A DNA stretch of 64,000 bases from Eledone cirrhosa. Taxonomy: Eukaryota. This document shows, piece by piece, positions 13,054-25,832 of this stretch. The notes below the pieces were generated by a model. That model was not told where the DNA came from and ran no database searches. It saw only the letters and a program-made list of their open reading frames with translations. Position 1 is the first letter of the stretch. Each line of letters starts with the position of its first letter. The stretch covers positions 24,862,001-24,926,000 of the forward strand of contig OZ024740.1 of assembly GCA_964016885.1 (NCBI GenBank). Reading direction: 5' to 3'. A program made the position numbers and the translations under genes.

Positions 13054-13320
13054 TGTGTGTTGAGTATTGTGTGTGTGTGTTGTGTGTGTATGTTTGAATT
13101 TCTTTACATATAATGATATAAATGCATGTTAATAAATATCTAGGTGGCGGAGTATTATCCCCCTGTAAACTAACGCTAAATATACTTGTTGCAACCCGTC
13201 AACACTTATATGTCTTATCTAGAGGAGCACAGATCTTTGTATATTTGATATACAATTGTTGTAAAGACATTTGTATAGTAAATGATCCGTTTTCTCAAGT
13301 AGGAATATACATACATACAT

Positions 13321-13590
13321 GATGATGGCTGCCCCCTCGTTATCGAGGATGACCATTGCACGATATAAAATTTTTAATAATTATTAATTAATTCTATCGT
13401 GCAATGCCTATGCGTGAAGATTGTTTTTAAAGTGAGGAAAGGCTGTACACTGAGCCAATCCCTCTCTCTGTGTGACAGTAGCTATAACCCGGAAAGAAGA
13501 AAAGATCAAGATCATCGGTAACTACTGAGCTGCATGTTTTATGTCGGAGTTATCCCAGTTTCCTGAGTTGCCTGATCCTAAAAGAATGCA
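13321..13590 (-). mobile_element. SINE-like repeat with RTE-type 3' tail (second copy 25955-26280)
   Basis: The two copies align over ~250 bp. The minus-strand 3' end GGTCATCCTCGATAACGAGGGGGCAGCCATCATC is followed by (ATGT)n. The RTE link is from recall only. Confidence 0.6.
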
Positions 13591-13607
13591 TACATACATA
13601 CATACAT

Positions 13608-15394
13608 ACCAGTTCCTGTACACAGCTAAGTATTCTATAAGTCTCTAGCTGTGTCATTCTCGATAAAAGCACTGGATATGTAGTCCTGATGATTTCTAAC
13701 GAGAATGAAACGCGTAGATTACTTCCCTTGCTTTTATCGAGAATCTAATTGTAATACGTGACGTATTCTATTCTATAGCGATTAGGTCTTCAAAATGTTT
13801 ATTATAAACATACAGAATATTTTCGAATATTCTATGTCTATATTCACATATATATCGCTATTTCAGAGCATTTATTCCAATTTCTAATTTCTGCCGGACC
13901 GGCAACCGCTCTTTCAAACCAGTTCCTGTACACAGCTAAGTATTCTATAAGTCTCTAGCTGTGTCATTCTCGATAAAAGCACTGGATATGTAGTCCTGAT
14001 GATTTCTAACGAGAATGAAACGCGTAGATTACTTCCCTTGCTTTTATCGAGAATCTAATTGTAATACGTGACGTATTCTATTCTATAGCGATTAGGTCTT
14101 CAAAATGTTTATTATAAACATACAGAATATTTTCGAATATTCTATGTCTATATTCACATATATATCGCTATTTCAGAGCATTTATTCCAATTTCTAATTT
14201 CTGCCGGACCGGCAACCGCTCTTTCAAACCAGTTCCTGTACACAGCTAAGTATTCTATAAGTCTCTAGCTGTGTCATTCTCGATAAAAGCACTGGATATG
14301 TAGTCCTGATGATTTCTAACGAGAATGAAACGCGTAGATTACTTCCCTTGCTTTTATCGAGAATCTAATTGTAATACGTGACGTATTCTATTCTATAGCG
14401 ATTAGGTCTTCAAAATGTTTATTATAAACATACAGAATATTTTCGAATATTCTATGTCTATATTCACATATATATCGCTATTTCAGAGCATTTATTCCAA
14501 TTTCTAATTTCTGCCGGACCGGCAACCGCTCTTTCAAACCAGTTCCTGTACACAGCTAAGTATTCTATAAGTCTCTAGCTGTGTCATTCTCGATAAAAGC
14601 ACTGGATATGTAGTCCTGATGATTTCTAACGAGAATGAAACGCGTAGATTACTTCCCTTGCTTTTATCGAGAATCTAATTGTAATACGTGACGTATTCTA
14701 TTCTATAGCGATTAGGTCTTCAAAATGTTTATTATAAACATACAGAATATTTTCGAATATTCTATGTCTATATTCACATATATATCGCTATTTCAGAGCA
14801 TTTATTCCAATTTCTAATTTCTGCCGGACCGGCAACCGCTCTTTCAAACCAGTTCCTGTACACAGCTAAGTATTCTATAAGTCTCTAGCTGTGTCATTCT
14901 CGATAAAAGCACTGGATATGTAGTCCTGATGATTTCTAACGAGAATGAAACGCGTAGATTACTTCCCTTGCTTTTATCGAGAATCTAATTGTAATACGTG
15001 ACGTATTCTATTCTATAGCGATTAGGTCTTCAAAATGTTTATTATAAACATACAGAATATTTTCGAATATTCTATGTCTATATTCACATATATATCGCTA
15101 TTTCAGAGCATTTATTCCAATTTCTAATTTCTGCCGGACCGGCAACCGCTCTTTCAAACCAGTTCCTGTACACAGCTAAGTATTCTATAAGTCTCTAGCT
15201 GTGTCATTCTCGATAAAAGCACTGGATATGTAGTCCTGATGATTTCTAACGAGAATGAAACGCGTAGATTACTTCCCTTGCTTTTATCGAGAATCTAATT
15301 GTAATACGTGACGTATTCTATTCTATAGCGATTAGGTCTTCAAAATGTTTATTATAAACATACAGAATATTTTCGAATATTCTATGTCTATATT

Positions 15395-15404
<10 letters not shown>
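13608..15404 (+). repeat. Tandem array of 310-bp hammerhead-containing units (5.8 copies), retrozyme-like
   Basis: AGTTCCTGTA recurs at 13611, 13921, 14231, 14541, 14851 and 15161. Units look identical by eye, and each has one HHR. Confidence 0.95.
13656..13744 (+). ncRNA. Extended type I hammerhead ribozyme, unit 1 (repeated every 310 bp, 6 copies)
   Basis: GTAGTC-CTGATGA-T-TTCT-aacg-AGAA-T-GAAA-CGCG-TA-GATTAC. A perfect 16-bp distal stem pairs ATTCTCGATAAAAGCA with TGCTTTTATCGAGAAT. Predicted cleavage is after A13716. Confidence 0.88.
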
Positions 15405-15431
<27 letters not shown>

Positions 15432-15880
15432 GTGTGTATGTGAGAGAGAGAGCGATAGAGTGAGAAAGAGAGAGTGAGTGAGAGAGAGAGAGAGGGAGAG
15501 AGAGAGAGAGAGAGAGAGAGTGTCTGTGTGTGTGAGAGTGTGTGTGTGCGTGTGTGTGTATTTTGGAAAGTGATATATGTAATAAGGCCAAACAGTACAA
15601 AATGGACGGTAAGGTGAAGAAAACGAAGAAATTAGTTTCCTGGTAATCTTTGTTATAGTTTACTGTTTCTTTCGTCTTAATATTTTGGGACTTAGAACCC
15701 CCTTCTTCGGAGTATAAGGAAGTCTCACATAATTTTTTTTAATAAAGTGAGATTTGGGCTTATATTTAATTTAAGACGAATTCAATTTGTCTAGTTCGAT
15801 AAATTTACATTTAATTCTTCCTAAGTAACGGATTTGCCTATGATCGAAAGTTGAATATTATATAGTTTCTTATATACATT

Positions 15881-16222
15881 GCTATTTCAGAGCACCAATC
15901 CTAATACCTAATGTTTGCTGTACCGGCAATCACATGTATAATCCGCTCCTGATTATTACTGGAATTCTATAAGAATCCATCTTTTATAATTTTCGGCGGA
16001 AGCAAGGGGTTCTTCGCTCTGATGAACGCCAACCAGCGTGAAACAGACTGTCAGCTTCTCTCCCTTCTTTCCCCGAAAATAAGTAAGTAACATAGTCACT
16101 ACTTTAAAACTGATAGCCTATGGTCTTCTAAATGTGTTTAGTTAAACATACAGTATATTGCCAAATATACTATACATACATTCATGTATACATCGCTATT
16201 TCAGAGCACCAATCCTAATACC
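15881..16222 (+). mobile_element. Diverged ~314-nt retrozyme-like monomer with terminal direct repeat
   Basis: GCTATTTCAGAGCACCAATCCTAATACC occurs at 15881 and 16195. Sequence and hairpins are collinear with the 310-bp unit. Confidence 0.82.
15989..16080 (+). ncRNA. Extended type I hammerhead ribozyme
   Basis: GCT-CTGATGA-ACGC-caacca-GCGT-GAAA-CAGACTG-TC-AGC, plus distal stem ATTTTCGG..AAGGGG / CCCTT..CCGAAAAT. Confidence 0.82.
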
Positions 16223-16875
16223 ATACTTTCTTACATTAATTCGATTGTTATGTATTATGCACTTCTGATTGTTTTTTTATATACTGGGATGAGTTCTACT
16301 GGCGCCATCTTCAAATTGTTTGAAATTCAACCCTCAAATGAGATGTAACACTTTACACTAGGTCTGATACACTAGATCCTTTGGAAGTCACGTTACACGG
16401 TGGCTATTATTGACTGCTACCTTGTCAGCTTTAGACCTATTCTATAGGACATTAAGGGGTAAACTCCGATGAAAATTTGCCCCACTTGTCCTAGGTGCAT
16501 ATATTTTTTCTTGATGATTTTGAGAATAACGCGTTGCTACGCGCATGGAGTGCAGCATATGCACACCCCAAGTATGTGGTGCAGTAATGAAACCATGGTC
16601 GTGGTTCCAGAGCAAGATTTATTTCTTTTCCACACAGATCGTTTATACAACAAATTAACGCATTGTGTGCGCTTTGATATATACATGTATTTCACAAATA
16701 CGGATCCACGGACCGAGTGAAAATTCGGCGAGCTAGTTCGATAAATCCCCCCCCCCCCCTCTCTCTCTCTCTCTCTAAGAGATGTAAACATGAATGGACC
16801 TCTTATTTTTATCTAAAGACATTTTTTCCAATTCAAACCCGCCCGTCCCCTCAATCTATCTTATTCCTCATTCTT

Positions 16876-16911
16876 TCTTCTGATGAAGGACTAGCGTCCG
16901 AAACGTTAAGA
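16876..16911 (+). ncRNA. Minimal hammerhead ribozyme in a short pLTR-like element (~16780-17000)
   Basis: TCTT-CTGATGA-A-GGAC-tagc-GTCC-GAAA-CG-TT-AAGA, with palindromic AACGTT at stem III. Confidence 0.8.
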
Positions 16912-17193
16912 CCCTCTTCCTGCTATATCAAGCTTTAACCTAATATATCCCTTCCATATACTGTACCGATTGTGTTGTTATTCTGTTTAACTTTTACATA
17001 TATATATATATATAGGGAAGCAGAAACTTGCTTATTGTAATCCAGGTCGTGATTAAGAAAGCCACTTTCTTGGACGGTTTCAACGTACGGCTATGGGTAA
17101 CTTCACAAGTTTGTAAGAATCACGTTCAATCTTGGAGTATAAAGGATAAAAGAGAAAACACAGGTAAGCATTACAAAAAGTATTTTATCCAGG

Positions 17194-17297
17194 CATTTAC
17201 GACCGTTTCATTGGTAAGTGCAACCTTATATTGCTATACTGCAAATAGCAGCCACTAAATAATAATTGTTGTTCACGTCCAAATTTTCAAAATAATG
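17194..17297 (-). ncRNA. Hammerhead-like motif, U3-A8 core with long stem II
   Basis: Reverse complement reads TTGAAAA-T-TTGG...CCAA-T-GAAA-CGG-TC with an internal TGCTAT/ATAGCA helix; stem I is imperfect. Confidence 0.5.
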
Positions 17298-17499
17298 AAT
17301 AAGTCACTCGTAAAAGTTCTTAATATATAAAAAAACATTTTTTTTAAAATTGTATTTACTAAGAGGAATTAGAAAGGGGAGAGACAGACGGAGTAGTATA
17401 TAGACAGAGGAATATATATATATTTACATTGCGGTAACATTTCGATTTCCTATGAAGTGTTTAGTTACATCTCTTCATATACAGATACACAAGTACAAA

Positions 17500-17555
<56 letters not shown>

Positions 17556-17667
17556 TTTGTATACAGACACGCAAGAGTATATGAATGAGAATGTGGAGTG
17601 TGTGTATCGCAAATGAGTGATGTATATTTAATAGCTAAGAATCTAAATACTTTGACTAAATCATTAG

Positions 17668-17741
<74 letters not shown>

Positions 17742-17919
17742 TCCTACTTGAGAAAAAGGATCATTTACTATACAAATGTCTTTACTACGCTTGCATATCA
17801 AATATAGACATATTTACACTGGTGTAAGAAAGACATATAAGTGCTGACGGGTTACTACATGTGTAGAGTTGGTTTAATGGTGGATACTAACTCTGTCATC
17901 TAGAACGTCGTTAACGTTG

Positions 17920-17978
<59 letters not shown>

Positions 17979-18198
17979 TTATACTTATATGTACACACGA
18001 TCGTTTCGGTATCCAATTTATATCTGTGCAACTTTCAAAAGAACTCACTTCTAGTTTATATTTATATAGATCTACGAAATAAGAATATGAAAAGAACATT
18101 GTATGAAAAAAAGGATTAGTCAGTCTGAAGAGATATATTCTAAGACGGGTCGCTTTTCTATTTATATATCTATATATATAAACATATTTAATTTCCAA

Positions 18199-18271
<73 letters not shown>

Positions 18272-18702
18272 CCAACTCTCATTCATCATTTCCACTGGGA
18301 AACAATAATACCTAGAATTAAGTATATTTACTCTTAGAGGTTGATGGTCAATTCTACTGTCCATGCTTAATATGGGGTGGTATTGAAACCTATTGATACT
18401 CACATTCTCCCAACCCCACTGGATTTCGGCTGACTGCCACTGACGGGGTGGCCAGCAGTAAGCTATATTTTACAGGCCTGAATAGGTCATTATTTAGTTG
18501 GAGGGGGAACGGCCTAGGCGAATTTCGTTGAACTCTGCGGTAGCTAATTGTCAACTTCCTTCGGACCTGCGCCTGCGCAGACCGGTGGGGGTGAATTGGT
18601 ACTCACAAGGGAACGGATGAAGAACCCAATGCACACACTTCGTCCCTTCCCATGTCGATTCAATTTGGATTGCCTCGGAAACATAACCTTATTATGTAAC
18701 AA

Positions 18703-18776
18703 GCTGTCTGACGATGTCGCGGCACTGGCGCACGGAACAGTGTGGCCACTGTCGCCATTGAAATATATATCACAGC
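18703..18776 (+). ncRNA. Hammerhead ribozyme with extended stem II, in a TA-flanked element (~18267-18904)
   Basis: GCTGT-CTGACGA-[GCGGCA/TGTCGC, TGG/CCA, CGCAC/GTGTG]-GAAA-TATATA-TC-ACAGC. Confidence 0.72.
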
Positions 18777-19132
18777 ATTATTATTAAAGGCTTTGAACAT
18801 CTGAAACGGCTTCGCTTTTCCTTATTCGATATTTACTCCGTCACTCCTATGTGGAATAAGTACGTTGAGTGCTTGAATTGAATTGCATCAATATTTACCT
18901 TAAGTATATATATATACTGCAAGGGAGGCAGCCCCTATATCAGGCGAATAAATTCAGTTGTGTATATTTTTGCAAGAATGCAAAAACATCACAAATCGAA
19001 TAGAGTTCTGAACAGAAGGGTTAAAATTAATATAAGCTATTCATCAGTCAATAGAATCAACTAAAAAATCAAGAAAATTAACTGGTCAATAGGTAGAGTC
19101 TGGAGATAAATACAAACATTTATATATATATA

Positions 19133-19636
19133 TATTATTAGAAATGTAAGCTATCGCCGTATTTTGACTAAAGAAATTAAAGAAATTATTTAGTCTGATA
19201 GTGGGGTTAAGAACCCTCGGAGAAATGGAAAAAAAGATGAGTATTGAGGTACATGGGAGTCGAACCCTCATCTTTGGTTATCCGAACCACTGTGATACCA
19301 TTTACACCAACACATCACCCGTTCCTTTCCATTCAAATTAGAAGCTATAAACTTAGCGACTGTAATGTCAAGTAAGAATATTTTCGAATATTTTCTAATT
19401 TGAATGGAAAGAGACGGGTGATGTGTTGGTGTAAATTGTAGCACAGTGGTCCGGATAACCAAAGATGTGGGTTCGACTCCCACGTACGTCAATACTCATC
19501 TTTTTCCATTTCTCCGAGGGTTCTTAACCCCACTATCAGGCTAAATAATTTCTTTAATTTATTTAGTCAAAATACGGCGATAGCTTACATTTCTAATAAT
19601 TTCAAACCCACTCGCTGTTTCGAAAATATTCTTACA
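19133..19636. mobile_element. Inverted pair of tRNA-like-headed elements (arms ~19133-19343 and ~19391-19600)
   Basis: Both arms carry A box TGGTGTAAATGG and B box GGGTTCGA. The ~210-bp inverted repeat is TA-flanked. A partial copy lies at 49732-49872. Confidence 0.75.
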
Positions 19637-19685
19637 TATATATATATATATACATACATATATGTGTACGTTTGTGTGTGTGTGA

Positions 19686-19716
<31 letters not shown>

Positions 19717-21030
19717 CTAGCAGCAGTACCCAGCGTTGCTTGGGTAGGTAAAATAATATCTATTTTGATGAAAAGTTGTTGATCTTAGCGACTGCTTCTC
19801 GATGACTCATCTATGGCCACACACAGGCCATGCGGGGGAGGGTGGTGATGACCTCTATCACTGAGAAACGCGGTTGACTGACGAAGGGGTATGCTGGGGG
19901 AGAGAGGAAACGACCACTAACACTAAGCCAAATTTCCTCACGCTACTTGATTGGAAACCGATGAATTCTCAAATACACATCTAAAAGCTCAGACGACGTC
20001 AGTGGCCATCGTTTTGTCTTTGACCATCTATAAGATGTGCAATGATATTGTAGTATAAAAGTTGAACCAAATAAATTGATTTATGTGTGAGGTGGAGCCG
20101 GAGTTCCGAATTTGAACGAAATCGGTTGAAAAATGTGGGAGCTAATGATAGGTCGCCGTCCCTGAACAAAAAATGCAAAGTGTAGAGCTACTATAAAATG
20201 TGCAATGATAGGTTCTATCGTAGTATACAAGTTGAACCAAATAAATTGATTTATGTGTGAGGTGGAGCCGAAGTTTCGAATTTGAACGAAATCGGTTGAA
20301 AAATGTGGGAGCTAATGATAGGTTCTATCGTAGTATAAAAGTTGAACGAAATAAATTGATTTATGTGTGAGGTGGAGCCGAAGTGTCGAATTTGAACGAA
20401 ATCGGTTGAAATATGTGGGAGCTAGAGCCGAAAAGGCGGAAATTTGAACGAAAAGGTGGTATTTTCCAATATTTAAGCGGCTGCCACTCCGTTCGCGAAC
20501 AAAATATCCAAAATGTGAAGGCACTGTAAGACGTAAAATAATCAGATCTAGCGTAGTGTAAAATTTGATCAAAGTAGGTTGATTAATGTGGGAGGTAGAG
20601 CCGAAAAAGTGGAAATTTGAGTCTAAAAGTGGTATTCTTGAATACCACTGTAAAAGTGGTATTTTTGAATATTTAAACGGCTGCCACGCCGTACCTGAAT
20701 GACAAATGCAAAATATAAAGCCATTACAGGATGTGCAATGATAAGTTCTATTTTGCTTTAAAATATTAACGAAATCGGTGGAAAAATGTAGGAGCTAGAG
20801 CCAAAAATCTTATTTTTCGATACCTAAAAAAAGGTGAGTCCCCTATCGATTTTTATCTGCAGAATGACCCCGGAATAAAAAAAAAACATACGCTGATATA
20901 TAGAAAACATCTCCCCGATGACTAATCTATGAGCCTGTAAAGTTTCCTGAAAATCGGTCGTAAGATGTAGGCCCCTATAGGTAATAAACAGACACAGACA
21001 CACACATACTTAATTTTATATATATACAGA
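19717..21030 (-). mobile_element. Non-autonomous Helitron
   Basis: The minus strand starts TC(TGTATATATATAAAA) after A and ends in hairpin ACCCAAGC-AAC-GCTGGGT plus CTAG before T. Internal ~120-bp tandem repeats lie at 20030-20810. Confidence 0.8.
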
Positions 21031-21049
21031 TATATATATATATATACAG

Positions 21050-21817
<768 letters not shown>

Positions 21818-22525
21818 ATAGATATTAGTGTCCGTACACGCATGTATGTGTACGCCTCTCTCTCATTGCTTATTATGTGTATGTGTATACACACTTACAC
21901 ATACTCACACACAGCTGTCATGTAATCCAAGTAGAACATTATTGGCTGATCTCTAAAGCTGTTTAGAATTTGATGAAGTTTTCTTCTAATACAGTACTCT
22001 ACCCATAGCAGTTATCATGTTTAATCTGACTAGCGGTGAAATCACTGTAAAATGGTGCAATAAGGAATCGAAACTTAATCCATCATTACTAGCATTTGTC
22101 CGGTTTCTTTCTCATGATTAGAAGAAAACTTACTTATTTTACAGAATTTCTTTTCGATTATCAACACAAGACAAATCAGAGAATAAGTGAAAACATAGCA
22201 AAATAAAACATATAGAATGAAAGCTAAATTCTCGTCCGCTTCACCAAAGAATAATATGTGTGAGAATGGAAAACAACAGATATTTGCAGAGGTAACTTTG
22301 GAAACGTAGCTCAATCTCTTGGTTGTTCAACACTTCACACTGCGCATGTTCACTGAGATGAAAATAATATATGATAAAACAGGGTGTGATCCAATATGAT
22401 CAGACGAGGCATATTAAGATATTCTTGGGTAACTATATCTATCTAGGTATTATATATATATATATAAATACGTAGGAAAGTAAGAAATCGGAGAATAGAC
22501 CGTTAAAACATGTTTATTTAAAACA

Positions 22526-22566
22526 GCATCTACGTACGTTTCGCCCAGTTGGGCTTCTCAAGGGCA
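22526..22566 (-). ncRNA. Hammerhead motif, U3-A8 core variant
   Basis: Reverse complement reads TTGAGAA-GCCC-aact-GGGC-GAAA-CGTACG-TA; stem I is weak. Confidence 0.6.
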
Positions 22567-22809
22567 TAAATAAACAAAAGTGTTCCTTACATTGCTCCGA
22601 GCAACATAAATAGCCGTCGAAACGGCTTGAGCTCTGCCGTCGGGGTCATACTATTTCCTATTTCATACTATACTACTCTAAGTATTGAGTACTCTGGTGA
22701 GTTATGGTCCATCTGGTTCCTTACCACAATTCCTTTGTTATATATATATATATGTGTATATATATAAAAATGTATATATATATATGTATACTGATATATA
22801 TATATATGA

Positions 22810-22990
22810 GTTTGTGTCTATATTATAACTGCATTTTTGACCGTTGGTCAGACATGGTAAACATTGAGGACCGAATAAATAACTGATATAAAAGATACAG
22901 AAGCGAAAACCAACCAAACAGTGAGTGTGTTCTGTTATTAATTATGGCAATATTATTACAACAATATGGCCCTCCCCAAATATAACAATA
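22810..22990 (+). mobile_element. Fragment of PLE1-type pLTR
   Basis: Aligns to 2700-2905 (TTTTTGACCGT..CAACCAAACAGTGAGTGTGTTCTG..CCCTCCCCAA). Confidence 0.8.
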
Positions 22991-23077
22991 TATATACTCA
23001 GTATATATATACTCAGTATATATATATACTCAGTATATATATACTCAGCCGTTAATATGCATAAGTTAAGTATATAC

Positions 23078-23161
23078 GTTCAACAATCTGGCAGGAAGGT
23101 ATATGTTGCTGACGATAGCTAATAAGCTTGAAACTAGTACGTTCCTTCGTCAGTGTTGAAC
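23078..23161 (+). ncRNA. Extended type I hammerhead ribozyme within a third retrozyme-like monomer (~23046-23370)
   Basis: TG-CTGACGA-T-AGCT-aata-AGCT-T-GAAA-CTAG-TA-CG, with distal stem GTTCAACA..CTGGC.GGAAGG / CCTTC-GTCAG-TGTTGAAC. Confidence 0.8.
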
Positions 23162-23404
23162 AAACGAGCAACGATGGTTGCTAGACACTACGGCTTAATA
23201 CGGGATGTTTGTTTTCAAACACACCGAGCATTATAATAAATGTTCGGTGAATCCATACGTACATATATATATGTGTGCATGTATGTATATATATATACAT
23301 ACTACTGTACGTCTGTATACATATATGTATGTACGTGTACGTACTTATATTTAAGTAACAGCCGTACTAAGAATGGGAAATGAAATTTCGTTTCATTTTT
23401 TTCC

Positions 23405-23500
<96 letters not shown>

Positions 23501-23503
<3 letters not shown>

Positions 23504-24193
23504 AATATGATAATAATGGAGCTGCGGCGTTGCAAATGGGTTACATATGAAAAAGTTTGTCCTTCATCAGTGATCTTCCAACCATCATAGGCATTTCATC
23601 GCTTTAAAGACCATATACCTCCGGTTGGTGCGAGCAACGGCTAAAAAAAGTCGTTGGGACACGTAAATAAAGGGGACGCGAGGGTAAACAAACAAAATGG
23701 TTTAAGCAACAGAAAGTGATGAAGAAAGAGACATGTCCCAGATTTCTATGAATTTAAATTCGGTGAAATCGTGAACGAGAAAATAAATACCATGAAACCT
23801 GGTTGAAATGTGAGCAAGGAAGGAATTTCGCACAGGTCTAACGGGGGAAGAAGGGGTCTGGTCTGCGAATTCGGTAAACATAAGTTCTGTGAAATCGTAG
23901 ACGAGAGAGAGAAAAAAATTCATACCAGCTTGGCCAGCGTGCGAGAGAAAAGAATCACACACAGGTCAAACGGGAAGAAAGAGGAGGAGGAGAGGTAGTG
24001 ACAGAGAATGAGTGAGTGAAGGGTGAGGAAGAGGCTAACAGAGAGAGAGACTGGTAGAAAGGATAAAGATACAAAGAACGAAACAGACGGGTAGCAGCAG
24101 AGGAAAAAATATATGTGTAAATATGATAATAATGGAGCTGCGGCGTTGCAAATGGGTTACATATGAAAAAGTTTGTCCTTCATCAGTGATCTT
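23501..24193 (-). mobile_element. Non-coding ~620-nt element with terminal direct repeats, copy B (different permutation from copy A)
   Basis: Direct repeats 23501-23577 and 24117-24193 (period 616). Collinear with 5360-6149. Confidence 0.82.
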
Positions 24194-24224
24194 AACCTCG
24201 TTGTATATATATATATATATACAA

Positions 24225-24357
24225 CGAGGTTTATATAGAAATAGCTTCTACAAGACTAGAACTGTTTCATTCGAAGGAAATCACCAGGGCCTTCCTGGGG
24301 ATTTCCTTCGAATGAAACAGTTCTAGTCCTGTAGAAGTAATTTCTATCTAAAACTTG
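24225..24357. repeat. Short fold-back inverted repeat containing HHR remnants
   Basis: About 63-bp arms around GCCTT. The arm reads CTG(G)TGA-T-TTC-cttc-GAA-T-GAAA-CAG-TT. Confidence 0.7.
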
Positions 24358-24423
24358 TGACATATACTCTACTAATATATTGAGTACCTCACTTACTGCG
24401 GTTACGCATATATATATATATAT

Positions 24424-24475
<52 letters not shown>

Positions 24476-24490
24476 AGTGAGAGAATGTGG

Positions 24491-24558
<68 letters not shown>

Positions 24559-25352
24559 CTGTGTGTGTGTATGTATGTATGTGTGGGTGTGTGGGTGTGT
24601 GTGTGTGTGTGTGTATAAGTTTGTAAGTATATTGTTTTACCAAAAGAAAAACGCCCCCCTAGGAACTGCCCCTAATTCAGCGATGAATCTAATGATTACT
24701 TTCTACCTTGTTTTGGATTCATCCGCCCACCAAAATAGTCTATTGTTTACCTCCCCTCATATCGGTTAAATCTTAACTGCAATGTTTTATTGATACTTCG
24801 ACCTCAATAGGTAACAACTATTATGAAAATACACGAGGTCAGATAAGCAACAGATGATAGCAACCATCAAAATATATTACTGATGTAATATAGTTAACAT
24901 CAAATAGCTTTCATGTAATAGTGAGCAACATATAGTGACCATGCATGTCGGAACAGACAAAAGCACCGTTAGCTATTGTACGACGTGTTGGACAAAGGCA
25001 CTGGAATCTCCCCGAAATAAAAGAGACAAATCACATCGGGATTATATTTCCTTCTTCCAAAGACGACAAGAAAAGTAAAAATAAGAAAAAATCAGTGAAG
25101 CACAAATCTCAAATTAATCAATTGCCCCCGTCCTTAATATGGTTGACTTGTTACCGTCATAAAACAACAACGGTATTAACATTGAACATCTTTATTGTAC
25201 TGTTGTTGGGGTTGTAGTTCTATATGAGAGCGGTGATAGTGTCTTTGTTGGTATTGATGTATTGGGTTTTGTTAATAATCGAAGATTATTACTAATGTAG
25301 CAAAAAACGTATTCATATATATATACAGTATATGTATACACACACACACACA

Positions 25353-25832
<480 letters not shown>

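Noticed and set aside
13608-15404. CRISPR array
   Set aside because: Units are fully identical with no unique spacers, the context is eukaryotic, and there are no cas genes.
18995-19058. Minus-strand hammerhead (CTGATGA-ATAG..CTATTC-GA)
   Set aside because: GAAA, stem III and stem I are missing.
19420-19491. Functional tRNA gene
   Set aside because: A/B boxes are present, but the acceptor and anticodon arms are irregular, and it is embedded in a repeated inverted element.
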